A DNA stretch of 64,000 nucleotides from Gammaproteobacteria bacterium (GCA_965222615.1 CBDCUI010000009.1:544001-608000), one strand, 5' to 3'. Positions 1 through 9,926 are shown, numbered from the stretch's first letter. A program made the numbers and translations. The notes: a model not told the origin generated them from the letters alone.

Positions 1-270
1 ACTAATTTTATCGATCGATACATTTTCTTTTAACGCAGCCGCATTTATTTTGTCGTCTACATCGGTGATATTGCGTGTGTAAATAACATTTTCAAATTCA
101 TGTTTGAGTAAGCGATAAAATACATCGAACACAACTGCAGGCCGCGCATTGCCTATGTGCGGATGACTGTAAACTGTTGGACCGCATACATACATAGTTA
201 CACGTTTCGGATCAGCTGGGATAAATTCCTCTTTGCTGCGAGTTAACGTGTTATATATATATAAATTCAT
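1..270 (-). CDS. cysS: Cysteine--tRNA ligase, N-terminal part (runs off window start)
   Basis: Manual minus-strand translation from ATG at 270: [49 protein letters not shown]...[10 protein letters not shown], with the CGPTVY, HIGN and NITDVDDKI CysRS motifs. Confidence 0.97.
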   Translation of the reverse strand, partial: MNLYIYNTLTRSKEEFIPADPKRVTMYVCGPTVYSHPHIGNARPAVVFDVFYRLLKHEFENVIYTRNITDVDDKINAAALKENVSIDKIS

Positions 271-577
271 TAATTCTTAAACAATGGTCTTTTTATAGAC
301 CTAATTCTACCAGTATATATATGGAATTAGCATCACACTTATACGACCTAATTATGAAAAACACGCTTTATTTAACATGTTTCGCGCAAGCATTAAACGT
401 ATACGAGTATAAGCTACTGAGATTCGGTATTTTTATACAAAATAACTAAGTGTTCTTGAAAAATATATGCAATAGTTCTTGCTAGGTCAAAATCAATTTT
501 TACTTTTGATTGTGACCTATAACAAAGACAAGGTTTGTCTTTTCCCTTACTCTTAGTAAGAGAAAAATAGTGAAAAT

Positions 578-2272
578 GTGACTACTAGCAAAAGGAAGGC
601 GAGTGCATACATGGAGTTTACAAAAGTCTTCAGACTGACTCTACGTCGGGTCAATATAATCTTTCCCCCAGGTTTGATAGTAGGCTTAATAAGCACATTT
701 TGTGCTGCGTATGTCTATGCAAATAACCAAAGTGTGTTGACCGATGCCTTTCGACCAAACGCGCAACATCAGTCTAGTTTTATTTATGCATTAAATAATT
801 CATCTTTACCTTTAAAGAGCGAAGTAACAAAGCTTTACCAGTTACGTAATTATGATCTAATCTGGAGCAACGGTGAAAAATACAATAACAATGCTTTAGA
901 ACTTTTTGAAATCATTCGACAAGCAGATAAATTTGGTCTCAACCCTCTCGATTATGATGCGGAAATTATTCAATACTTTTTAGAATCGACAATAACTGAC
1001 CCTAACCTACTGAGAAAATCAGACATAACCTTTACACATGCTTATGTGAAACTTGCCAGCCATCTTGAAAAAGGTAAATACATTGCGCCCAGCTCAATAC
1101 GTGATGAAAAGTATTCTTTAATCGATATTCTCAATGAGGCAATCGACAGCCATGCTGTAACCATTGCGCTTGAAAACCTACAACCAAATAACCCCAATTA
1201 TTCAAAGTTAGCAGAAACTTTAAAAAAGTATCGGTCACTAAAGGATGACATTGAACCGATAGTATTAAATCAAAAATCCTTTACTATAGGTGATCAATCA
1301 CCTGAAGTTATTAAAGTCAGAAAACGACTATATGCTTTTGGCGATTACTCTACCGACAACTTTCACAACGATACGATCGATCTGCAGAGCGATGTTTTAG
1401 ATGAATCGCTTGCTTTAGCCATCAGTAATTTTCAATACCGCCATGGACTTGAAGCTGATGGGATTTTGGGTAAAAAGACTGTAATTGAACTCAATAAACC
1501 TATTCTAGAACGTGTTCAGCAGCTTGAGCTTAATTTAGAAAGAGCTAGAGATCTTACACACATCTATCAGGGTCGACACTTAATCGTTAACATTCCGGAC
1601 TATAAGTTACGACTAATAGATAACGGTCAAACCATTTATGAATCACGAGTAGTTGTTGGAAAAAAGAGGAACAAGACACCAGAACTCTCCTCAGAAATTA
1701 CCAAGCTTGTATTAAACCCATATTGGCATGTACCAAAATCTATCGCTAGCAAAGAAATCATTCCAATGATTGAGGAAGATCCTCATTATCTTGCTAAACA
1801 TAATATGAAATTACTTGGTACGCTTAATAACCAAACTCGCATCATTAATCCTGAGACAGTTGATTGGTCTAGTATAAATTTCGAAGATACTGAATTGCGC
1901 ATACGACAAGAGCCAGGAGCGAAAAACTCACTTGGACGCGTAAAATTTATTTTCCCCAACAACTATAAAGTATATCTACATGACACTCCTGCACGCAGTT
2001 TATTTTCACAAACCCGGCGCGCTTACAGTCATGGGTGTATACGTGTCGAAGATCCTTTTGGCTTAGCCGAAGTACTGCTCGCCGATAGCGAAAGCTGGTC
2101 TAAAGACGATCTCTATTCCCTTGCAAATAGTAATAGAACTAAAACCGTAAAACTCGAACAACCCATCCCTATTCATATCACCTATATGACTGCCTGGGTA
2201 GATGACCAAGGCATCGTGAATTTTAGACCAGATATCTATCGACGAGATCGTCAAATTGTAAATGCCTTGTAA
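578..2272 (+). CDS. ldtD: Murein L,D-transpeptidase (YcbB/LdtD family)
   Basis: PG-binding domain (FQYRHGLEADGILG), VNIP, NPYWHVP, LGRVKFIFPN, YLHDTP..SHGCIRV catalytic motif; the true start may be the ATG at 611. Confidence 0.9.
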   Translation: MTTSKRKASAYMEFTKVFRLTLRRVNIIFPPGLIVGLISTFCAAYVYANNQSVLTDAFRPNAQHQSSFIYALNNSSLPLKSEVTKLYQLRNYDLIWSNGEKYNNNALELFEIIRQADKFGLNPLDYDAEIIQYFLESTITDPNLLRKSDITFTHAYVKLASHLEKGKYIAPSSIRDEKYSLIDILNEAIDSHAVTIALENLQPNNPNYSKLAETLKKYRSLKDDIEPIVLNQKSFTIGDQSPEVIKVRKRLYAFGDYSTDNFHNDTIDLQSDVLDESLALAISNFQYRHGLEADGILGKKTVIELNKPILERVQQLELNLERARDLTHIYQGRHLIVNIPDYKLRLIDNGQTIYESRVVVGKKRNKTPELSSEITKLVLNPYWHVPKSIASKEIIPMIEEDPHYLAKHNMKLLGTLNNQTRIINPETVDWSSINFEDTELRIRQEPGAKNSLGRVKFIFPNNYKVYLHDTPARSLFSQTRRAYSHGCIRVEDPFGLAEVLLADSESWSKDDLYSLANSNRTKTVKLEQPIPIHITYMTAWVDDQGIVNFRPDIYRRDRQIVNAL

Positions 2273-2329
2273 GTTCTTGTAGTATACTGCTTAGCAAATA
2301 AGAATTACGCACTCAAACAAGGACTAATT

Positions 2330-2899
2330 GTGGATGAACTCGCCGAGTCGCCCGACTCGACAAACGTCAATCGTCGCAAGCTTTTAAAATGTTCCGCAGC
2401 TGTAGCTGCAGTAGCTGCTTTTCCTCAATTAATTCAGGCTAGTATAAAAAATTATTCAGAACGTTCTTTAGATTTTATCAATCTTCATACCAATGAAAAA
2501 CTGAGCTGTTGCTACTGGAAAAACGGGCAATATAACCTCAAAAAGCTCGCTGAAATTAATTATCTGCTACGCGACCATCGCGCCGAAGAAATCTATTCTA
2601 TTGAACCATCACTATTGGATCTATTGCATGTGCTTAAACAGGCAACTGGGTCACGTGCCCCTTTTCATGTGATCTCTGCATATAGATCTCCAAAAACAAA
2701 TGAAAGATTACGCAACAGTGGCAGAGGTGTGGCAAAGCGAAGCTTACATATGCAAGGTAAAGCTATCGATATCCGCCTTCCCGATATTGAATTAACACAG
2801 CTACGCAAAACCGCTGTGGCACTTCAAGCAGGTGGAGTCGGCTATTATGCAAAAAGTAACTTTTTGCATATCGATGTAGGTCGAGCCCGCACCTGGTAA
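2330..2899 (+). CDS. mepK: YcbK/DUF882 family peptidase M15 (Tat-exported)
   Basis: RRKLL Tat motif, SAYRSPKTN, SLHMQGKAID, HIDVG; conserved position downstream of ycbB. Confidence 0.9.
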   Translation: MDELAESPDSTNVNRRKLLKCSAAVAAVAAFPQLIQASIKNYSERSLDFINLHTNEKLSCCYWKNGQYNLKKLAEINYLLRDHRAEEIYSIEPSLLDLLHVLKQATGSRAPFHVISAYRSPKTNERLRNSGRGVAKRSLHMQGKAIDIRLPDIELTQLRKTAVALQAGGVGYYAKSNFLHIDVGRARTW

Positions 2900-3002
2900 A
2901 CAACAGACTGATAATTTATTCTTAGGCAAGTTTACTCTAGCTTGCTACATTTCTAAGGTTAAAAATAGACGCTGAAACAAGCGTTATCTTCATTTTATAA
3001 AT

Positions 3003-3392
3003 ATGAAGCTTATTCATATACTTTTTATTTTAACGATGTTGGCATTTGCGATCCTACAGCTAAATGATTCTGATCGTTTAGTGTGGATAAGTATTTACCT
3101 TGCCTCTGCGTTAATGGTTTTTTTTGCCTTAATTGAAGCCTGTAACCCGTGTGTTAGAGCTTGGGCAATTATGCTTTGCATACTATCATTAATATTGATG
3201 GTACAAGTATTTCCAGGAGTGATTACTTTTTTACAAACATCAGATTACCAAGAAATCTATGCGCCTATTACAAGTAAAAAATCCTATATTGAGCAAACAC
3301 GTGAATTCTTAGGATTATTGATTGTGATGCTGTATTGCATTTATGTTGCTTTTTCTTTGCGTAAAAATACGCACACAGATTTTAAACAATGA
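3003..3392 (+). CDS. Transmembrane protein 220 (TMEM220) family protein
   Basis: QLNDSD..VW.IY and IEQTREFLGLLI motifs; four hydrophobic segments. Confidence 0.75.
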   Translation: MKLIHILFILTMLAFAILQLNDSDRLVWISIYLASALMVFFALIEACNPCVRAWAIMLCILSLILMVQVFPGVITFLQTSDYQEIYAPITSKKSYIEQTREFLGLLIVMLYCIYVAFSLRKNTHTDFKQ

Positions 3393-4210
3393 GTATTTTA
3401 GACTTACCTCATACCGCACCCGTTGCAATCATTTTTGACTGGCATGCAACTTTAGTCGACACCCATGATGCAATGTATTTAGCAGTTGATGAGGTACTGC
3501 ATAAACTGGAAGAGCTTGGCTTGATTGATCAAATGATTGATATAGAAGATAGTAAATCAGTAGACGATGCTAAACTTGTTAAATATGTTAAAGAACACAA
3601 AATCCTACATCCCAAAATAAAAGCAGCACGCAAAATTTCCCGTACAGACATTTTTGAAGTGCTATTTGGGGACAATGATCAAGCGAAAAAAACAGCACAT
3701 CGCGCTTTCGACGTGGCATATAAAAATTATTGTGGATTGGCTACCCCTTTAGAAGATAGATTTGAAACAGTTCTATATGAGCTAAAGACAATGAATTTAC
3801 TGCTAGGTGTACTTACAAACAGAAGCCGAGAATTTATGCAGCATGAACTTACTAATGTAGGCGGTTCAAATTGGTCACCGATATTCGACACCGTTGTATG
3901 CGGGACAGATGTAGAACACCGAAAACCAGCACCAGACTTAATTTTAAAGACACTAAGTAATTTAAATATCGAAGCAGGAAATCATGTCTGGTATGTAGGT
4001 GACAGTACAACCGACATCATTGCAGCAAAAAAAGCCGGGGTAACTGCAGTTTTTTATAATGGTGCAGGTTGGGAACATGACTGGATTGATAAAATCTTTC
4101 CTGGGACTACAAAACACCCTTATCAACCAGATTGTATTGTAAATAATAGCTTGGAACTATTAGACCTCACTAAAAAATTCTTAGAAAAAGCCGGCACATT
4201 CGAGACCTAA
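3389..4210 (+). CDS. HAD-superfamily hydrolase (phosphoglycolate phosphatase-like)
   Basis: FDWHATLVD motif I variant, LTN motif II, KPAPD, VGDSTTDI motif IV. Confidence 0.8.
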   Translation: MSILDLPHTAPVAIIFDWHATLVDTHDAMYLAVDEVLHKLEELGLIDQMIDIEDSKSVDDAKLVKYVKEHKILHPKIKAARKISRTDIFEVLFGDNDQAKKTAHRAFDVAYKNYCGLATPLEDRFETVLYELKTMNLLLGVLTNRSREFMQHELTNVGGSNWSPIFDTVVCGTDVEHRKPAPDLILKTLSNLNIEAGNHVWYVGDSTTDIIAAKKAGVTAVFYNGAGWEHDWIDKIFPGTTKHPYQPDCIVNNSLELLDLTKKFLEKAGTFET

Positions 4211-4214
4211 CACT

Positions 4215-5036
4215 ATGATTAATAAAATGAGTCACTGCATAGTCGTCTTTACCGACTTGGACGGTACATTTTTGGATCACAATGACTACAGTTTTGCCGC
4301 AGCAGAGTCATGTTTAGATTTTATTAAGAAGCAAAATATCCCTTTAATATTCACCAGCAGCAAAACCGCAGTAGAAATACATAATTTATGTACTGAAACA
4401 GACTCTTATCATCCTTACATCTCAGAAAATGGCGGTTTGCTATCTATTCCAAAAAATTATTTCTCTTCTTCTAATTCTCCTACAACTGAATATGAACATG
4501 TGCTGATTGGGACATCAAGAAACGACATCAATACTATTTTAGAAACATTACACAAGAGCTATGAATTCACGTCTTTTCGTGAAATGACTATTGATGAAAT
4601 CATGGCATGCACAGGACTTAGCAAAGATCTAGCAATCATGGCCAATCAAAGAGAGTGTACTGAGCCCGTTCTCTGGCAAGATAGTGAAGAACACCTCAAA
4701 CAATTTTCTAAAGCGATACAAGAGTCAAATTTACACTTAGTTAGTGGCGGTCGATTCCATCATGTAATGGGAAAACATGACAAAGCTACTACAATGTTAA
4801 TATTGCTTGAATACTTTGAAAAAAACATTAATGGTAAAGTTACCTCTATTGCACTTGGTGATAGCCCAAATGATTATAAAATGTTACAAACTGCTGACTA
4901 CGGGATTCTAATTCCAAACCCTGCTGCACCAAAACAGTGCCTCGATAAACACGAAAATCTCATTTATGCTAACCATGTTGGACCACATGGTTGGAATGAT
5001 TCTTTATTAAACTTGCTTGAGGAATTGCTTGCATGA
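4215..5036 (+). CDS. Mannosyl/glucosyl-3-phosphoglycerate phosphatase (HAD-IIB)
   Basis: FTDLDGTFLD, SSKT, ENGG, GGRFHH, ALGDSPND motifs; overlaps the gpgS start. Confidence 0.88.
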   Translation: MINKMSHCIVVFTDLDGTFLDHNDYSFAAAESCLDFIKKQNIPLIFTSSKTAVEIHNLCTETDSYHPYISENGGLLSIPKNYFSSSNSPTTEYEHVLIGTSRNDINTILETLHKSYEFTSFREMTIDEIMACTGLSKDLAIMANQRECTEPVLWQDSEEHLKQFSKAIQESNLHLVSGGRFHHVMGKHDKATTMLILLEYFEKNINGKVTSIALGDSPNDYKMLQTADYGILIPNPAAPKQCLDKHENLIYANHVGPHGWNDSLLNLLEELLA

Positions 5037-6244
5037 CAGACTTTTTTCAAAACGGAGTGATTGCCACCTTACATAATCTCACGAATCGAGAAACCTCATC
5101 GATTGAAAAAGAATTAAATGAGTGGAGTAAGAACAGGCCAATGTCGTTAATACTCCCTTGTTTGTATTCAGAATTACAAGGCCCTGCACTAGAAAACATT
5201 ATTAAGAAATTATCTAAAGCCTCTTATATTTCCGAGATTATTATCGGTCTCGATGCTGCTGATGAAGAACAATTTTACCATGCAAAAGAATTTTTTAGTC
5301 GGTTGCCACAGCATCACGTAATTTTATGGAATGATGGTCCAAAATTGTTAGAAATTGATAAAGCTATTCACGAACATAGTCTGGCACCGACTGAGGCAGG
5401 CAAGGGAAGAAATGTTTGGTATTGTTTGGGCTATTTTCTCGCTTCCGGAAAGTCCAAAGCCGTTGCTCTACATGACTGCGATATTTTGACCTATGACCGT
5501 AGCATCCCTGCAAAGCTCTTATATCCCGTCATCCACCCCACCTTTGACTATGTATTCTGCAAAGGTTATTACTATCGTGCACACAATCAGCAGTTCTCTG
5601 GTCGTGTTTCAAGACTATTAGTCTTGCCTTTACTCACAGCCCTAAAACAGGCCATAGAACCTCATGATTACTTGAACTTTTTAGGTAGTTTTCGCTATGT
5701 ACTGGCTGGGGAGTTCTCCATGCGTACTGGAGTGGTCAACTCTCTACGTATTCCAAGTGACTGGGGACTTGAAATAGGTATTCTTTCCGAAATGTATCGA
5801 AGGTATTCAAATCAACGGATATGCCAAGTAGACATTGCCGATTGCTATGATCATAAGCATCAAGCACTTTCAGAAAATAATCCTGATAGCGGACTGTCTA
5901 AGATGAGTATCGATATTTCAAAGATTATTTACCGCAAATTGGCTACGCATGGAATCACTTTAACTCCGGAATTGTTTCGCACCGTTAAAGCAGCTTATTA
6001 TCGATGCGCGCTTGATCTAATCGATAACTACTCAAATGATGCCGCCATGAACGAGCTCGAAACAGACCGTCATAAAGAAGAAGGCATCGTAGAACTGTTT
6101 GCACAAAATATCATGGAAGCCGGAGATAGATTCTTGTCTAATCCTATGGAAACACCATTCATGCCAACTTGGTCACGTGTTGCCAGCGCAATTCCAGATA
6201 TTCTCACACAACTACATCTTGCAGTAACGCAAGACAATTCTTAA
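5033..6244 (+). CDS. gpgS: Glucosyl-3-phosphoglycerate synthase
   Basis: MTDFFQNG..TLH, GKGRNVW, LHDCDI, GRVSRL, LAGEF, DWGLEIG, YDHKHQ motifs of the long GpgS type. Confidence 0.85.
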   Translation: MTDFFQNGVIATLHNLTNRETSSIEKELNEWSKNRPMSLILPCLYSELQGPALENIIKKLSKASYISEIIIGLDAADEEQFYHAKEFFSRLPQHHVILWNDGPKLLEIDKAIHEHSLAPTEAGKGRNVWYCLGYFLASGKSKAVALHDCDILTYDRSIPAKLLYPVIHPTFDYVFCKGYYYRAHNQQFSGRVSRLLVLPLLTALKQAIEPHDYLNFLGSFRYVLAGEFSMRTGVVNSLRIPSDWGLEIGILSEMYRRYSNQRICQVDIADCYDHKHQALSENNPDSGLSKMSIDISKIIYRKLATHGITLTPELFRTVKAAYYRCALDLIDNYSNDAAMNELETDRHKEEGIVELFAQNIMEAGDRFLSNPMETPFMPTWSRVASAIPDILTQLHLAVTQDNS

Positions 6245-6253
6245 AGTATTTTA

Positions 6254-6402
6254 CTAGAACCTACCCTCAAAATAGTAGATAGGCTGCTTAGACAAGGCGT
6301 AGAATGTTCGAAAAGCGCAGTTTACAAGAGAGTAAATGAGCATTTGAGAACATTCTGCAACGCAGTATTAGCAGGTTAAATGCATTTTGAGATGGGTTCT
6401 AG
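6254..6402. mobile_element. Miniature inverted-repeat element, family A (divergent copy A1)
   Basis: Terminal inverted repeats CTAGAACCTACCCTCAAAAT / ATTTTGAGATGGGTTCTAG; internal core GGC..AATGTT..AAAGCGCAGTTTAC..GTAAATGAGCATTT shared with the other copies; right end overlaps the stop codon of the gene at 6399. Confidence 0.7.
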
Positions 6403-8153
6403 GTTTTATTTGTTAACCATGTACATTGATAAGGCCGTAAATCAAGACTATCTTTTGAAAAATCAATCGTGTCCCATGCAATCAGATCTACCCAGTTATC
6501 TGTACAGGTAAGATTAATATTACTAAGTGATAGTTCTTGTTTTGTATTCGTCAAGTTATGAATTGCAAAAATACTTTGTTCACGACTCATACTTTGTCGC
6601 CAAAATCCAAATATATTATTTCCCAGATGCAAAATATATTGTGTTGAGTTAGGGTGAAACGCACTCTGATTAATTCTTAATGCAATAATCCTCTTTAGCT
6701 CATAAAATACTTTTGAAGAGTCAAGTGCGACCTCAAATAACTGCGTTTCCAGTTCGTCTATGTTCCACTGCTTGCGGTTTAAACTTCTTTTGTGCTGAGT
6801 GTTTGAATATTTTTCATAATCATTCTCCGCTGCAAGTAAACTATTTATATAAAATGCAGGTATACCCTCCAAACCTAACATTATAATTTGCGAGCATAAG
6901 AATCTCTCGACCTGAAAGTCATCTATGCCAATAGAATTGCCTTTCATTGCCTCAAACCAAGTGATATTAATTTCATAAGGTCGTTCTCCCGCATCTGTTA
7001 TGGCGCGTGATGTCACCTGTCCTCCAAAATCACGCATTCCAGAAACCAGCTTATCGATTTCTTGGTCCGACAAGATGCCTTCTACGGGACGCAGTCCAAT
7101 ACCATCATGTGAAGCCGTAAAGTTTAAATATGTACATCCAACGGGAGCTGGTGGCAAACTCATGGACCAGCTGGTCAAGTATTCAGAATTGCCTCTCCAT
7201 AAGGCATGCAGTACTAAGGGAGGAAGACTAAAGTTATAGATGATGTGAGCTTCGTTTGCATTACCAAAATATTTAATATTTTCTAAATTTGGGATGTTCG
7301 TTTCAGTGATAAATAACACCCCTGGAAAATAGCGCTCAGTTAATAAACGAAGTGCTTTTACGATTTCATGAGTTTGCGGTAAATTGATGCACGTTGTACC
7401 GAGTTGTTTCCATAAAAAAGCAATCGCATCCAATCGGATTACACGCACACCTTTTAATAAATAAAAATGAAGTATTTTTGCAAACTCAAGCAACACATCT
7501 GGATTGGAAAAATCCAGATCTACTTGGTCCTCACTAAACGTGCACCAAACAAGTTTCTTGTCTTGTTTAGTAGTGATTTCTTGTAACAGAGGGCTATTTC
7601 TAGGTCTTACAACTTTGGTTATATCTTCGTTTACATCGACTTCTATAAAATAATTACGACCTGGTTCTTCGTTATTTAAAAATTGTTTAAACCATTTGCT
7701 CTTTGATGAAATATGATTAATAACTAAATCCGCCATTAAATTGAATTGGCTAGCAATATTTTTTATGTCATCCCAACAACCAAGGTTTTCATCCACTTTT
7801 TTATAATCGATAACAGCAAATCCATCATCTGAGCTATAGGGGAAAAAAGGCAATATATGAACAGTATTGACTATACCTTTCATATACTTCATGAGAAATT
7901 GATATAAGACTCGTAGAGGTATTTTAGAATCTGAATAAATTGAATTAGCATAAGTAATCAAATAAACATCCTGCTCGCTCCAATAGTGCTTTGGGCGATT
8001 TGTCGGCTTTTCTGAAGGATTTATATTTTGAGTTTCAAAAACAATTTGGAGTTTCTTTGCAATTCCTTCTGCTGAATCATGACTGTATATTTTCGATATA
8101 TGTGAACATAATCTTCTAAAAAATTGTTCATCTGTTAAACTTAATACATCCAT
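6399..8153 (-). CDS. GH13_18 sugar phosphorylase (glucosylglycerate/sucrose phosphorylase, YcjM-like)
   Basis: HILPFFPYSSDDGF, DLVINH, RLDAIAFLWK, ITETN, ASHDGIG, RPYEIN; convergent with gpgS. Confidence 0.88.
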   Translation of the reverse strand: MDVLSLTDEQFFRRLCSHISKIYSHDSAEGIAKKLQIVFETQNINPSEKPTNRPKHYWSEQDVYLITYANSIYSDSKIPLRVLYQFLMKYMKGIVNTVHILPFFPYSSDDGFAVIDYKKVDENLGCWDDIKNIASQFNLMADLVINHISSKSKWFKQFLNNEEPGRNYFIEVDVNEDITKVVRPRNSPLLQEITTKQDKKLVWCTFSEDQVDLDFSNPDVLLEFAKILHFYLLKGVRVIRLDAIAFLWKQLGTTCINLPQTHEIVKALRLLTERYFPGVLFITETNIPNLENIKYFGNANEAHIIYNFSLPPLVLHALWRGNSEYLTSWSMSLPPAPVGCTYLNFTASHDGIGLRPVEGILSDQEIDKLVSGMRDFGGQVTSRAITDAGERPYEINITWFEAMKGNSIGIDDFQVERFLCSQIIMLGLEGIPAFYINSLLAAENDYEKYSNTQHKRSLNRKQWNIDELETQLFEVALDSSKVFYELKRIIALRINQSAFHPNSTQYILHLGNNIFGFWRQSMSREQSIFAIHNLTNTKQELSLSNINLTCTDNWVDLIAWDTIDFSKDSLDLRPYQCTWLTNKT

Positions 8154-8296
8154 AGCTTCCTTACTTTATATCTCCATTTAATTGAATATTTCTTGTATCA
8201 TTTAGCTACTAATAAAAAAATAGAGCGCATCAAAATTCTAACTCTCTACAAATACATAAATTGTAACTATGCAGGCATAAGAGCTAGAATACAGTA

Positions 8297-8827
8297 ATGG
8301 CTAACAATCAAACAGAAAGCGTCCAAATTAGTCAGTCTGTTGCCATATTAATCGATGGTAACAACATTGAGCGCAGCATCCACACAGAGACAGATGACAC
8401 AAATACCATGCTCAATTTTGACACTTTGATTCCGAAGTTACTAGACAATAGAGGTCTTAGTCGACTGATTTACTTCCGTGAAGGAAAACAGATTTCACAA
8501 AAATTGCAAGAACGTCTCCATGACTCTTATCATGGCTCAGTAAGACCATGTCATAAAAGTGCTGATATCCCACTTACCATTAAAGCAACACAAGTTGCCA
8601 GCAAGGTTGACACGATAATTATCATGTCTGGTGATGCGGATTTTATCGAATTAGTGAGACACTTGAAATCTGAGGGAGTACGTGTCGAAATTGCAGCGGT
8701 GCAATCTACTACTTCTAAACTTCTAGTTGAAGAAGCAGATTATTATCACCCCTTAACCAAGGAATATTGGTTTACACTCAGTCCCAAGCGCCCTAAACGA
8801 AAATCTACAACAAGAAAATCCAAATAG
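8297..8827 (+). CDS. NYN domain (LabA/DUF88) protein
   Basis: IDGNN, KSADI, MSGDADF..LV..L...GVRV PIN-like motifs; basic C-terminal tail. Confidence 0.88.
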   Translation: MANNQTESVQISQSVAILIDGNNIERSIHTETDDTNTMLNFDTLIPKLLDNRGLSRLIYFREGKQISQKLQERLHDSYHGSVRPCHKSADIPLTIKATQVASKVDTIIIMSGDADFIELVRHLKSEGVRVEIAAVQSTTSKLLVEEADYYHPLTKEYWFTLSPKRPKRKSTTRKSK

Positions 8828-8836
8828 CCTCTTATT

Positions 8837-9535
8837 TACGTAAGCCCTGATTTATTAATAAAATGTCTGAGACGAGGCAAAAAGATTTTGAGACAAATCT
8901 GCCGGGAACAGATTTGGAAAGTTTCGCTAGCCACAGGCCGAGCACCAGGAAGGTGCGAGTCAATACGGAGTATATATAAAAATACATGAGTTGTATAAGC
9001 TCAGATTTAATCAACCAGGCACAGTAAGACACGAACCCAAGCAGGCCAAGGTACAAAGTCATATTTCCTCAATAGCACCTCTTCTATGCGCATTACATCA
9101 CGCTGAGAAGCGCAAGATATTTTCAGAGCAAGGCGAGCGGTGTTTGAGCGTAGCGAGTTTGCGAAGCCGCTGGGATCATCAACGCAAGAGTAAGTGATGT
9201 TCTGCGCAATGGTTTTGGCAAGAATCGGCTATTTTATTGGAACGCAACTTCCATGATGCGAACTCTCTCTCGTACTTCCTTGTACTCGCTATTGCCGTAA
9301 CAAAAGTACCTTGCTCTCAAGAGAACTTGTTGAGGAAGAGAACTGTAGTGGTGAGAGAGCGAAAACCGTATACCGCTATCTCTTACGAGCACGAATTGGC
9401 TTCTCTTTATTTGCCATGAATTGTACTCGTCTCGATTGAATCGGTCGCTGTTTGTTGGATTGAATTCTAGCTAATACACATGAGTATTTCGAGAAATCTT
9501 TTTAGTGACGTATCAGAATAAATCAGGGTTTACTA
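8837..9535. mobile_element. Family A miniature element (copy A2) interrupted by a 487-bp family B element
   Basis: Outer TIRs GTAAGCCCTGATTTATT / AATAAATCAGGGTTTAC; 8837-8991 aligns with 18015-18170, and 9479-9535 aligns with the right arm of the other A copies. Confidence 0.8.
8992..9478. mobile_element. Non-autonomous element family B (copy B1) with TGT...ACA ends and a 7-bp target duplication
   Basis: Left end TGTATAAGCTCAGATTTAATCAAC, right end (reverse complement) TGTATTAGCTAGAATTCAATCCAAC; flanked by CATGAGT at 8985-8991 and 9479-9485; second copy at ~47275-47607. Confidence 0.75.
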
Positions 9536-9539
9536 GTAT

Positions 9540-9926
9540 TTATTCAGGCTCTCCTTGCCACAACATCTCATATCCAATTTCGTACGTTTCACTGGCATAT
9601 GCACCTAATGCTTCAAACTTCTCTTTAAAAACTTCATCTGCATGAGACTCTTCATGTTGTTCAAAAGATTGCCAGTAAGTAACAATCGCAATATGGTCTT
9701 CCGTTTGTTTTTTAGAGGCAATTGAACCCTCATCAGATACAAAACCAGAAAACTTATACACTTGCCCGCCAATGAAACCTCCTTGATCATCACCATAGGT
9801 ATTCTTCACTACATTACACATCTCACCCAAGGCCAGCTGCACATCTTCCTCGGACACGCCTTCCTTTAACTTAACTACGTTATATAACATCACGCATCCA
9901 AAAGGGATGTTCAGTGCATTAAACAT
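9540..9926 (-). CDS. Small dimeric alpha/beta-barrel protein resembling one sulfur oxygenase reductase domain
   Basis: TYWQSFEQHEESH...YEIGYEML resembles the SOR iron-site region (HEEMH...WEPIYE); AGGAG SD upstream. Confidence 0.55.
   Translation of the reverse strand: MFNALNIPFGCVMLYNVVKLKEGVSEEDVQLALGEMCNVVKNTYGDDQGGFIGGQVYKFSGFVSDEGSIASKKQTEDHIAIVTYWQSFEQHEESHADEVFKEKFEALGAYASETYEIGYEMLWQGEPE

Noticed and set aside
8297-8827. NYN protein as the nuclease or mobiliser of the adjacent repeats, or as a defence toxin
   Set aside because: It looks like an ordinary stand-alone LabA/DUF88 protein, and the other repeat copies have no such neighbour.
8832-9419. Short ORFs 8832-9062, 8991-9197 and 9237-9419
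   Set aside because: They lie inside the nested repeat elements, have no recognisable motifs, and are not preserved in the second copy at 47275-47607.
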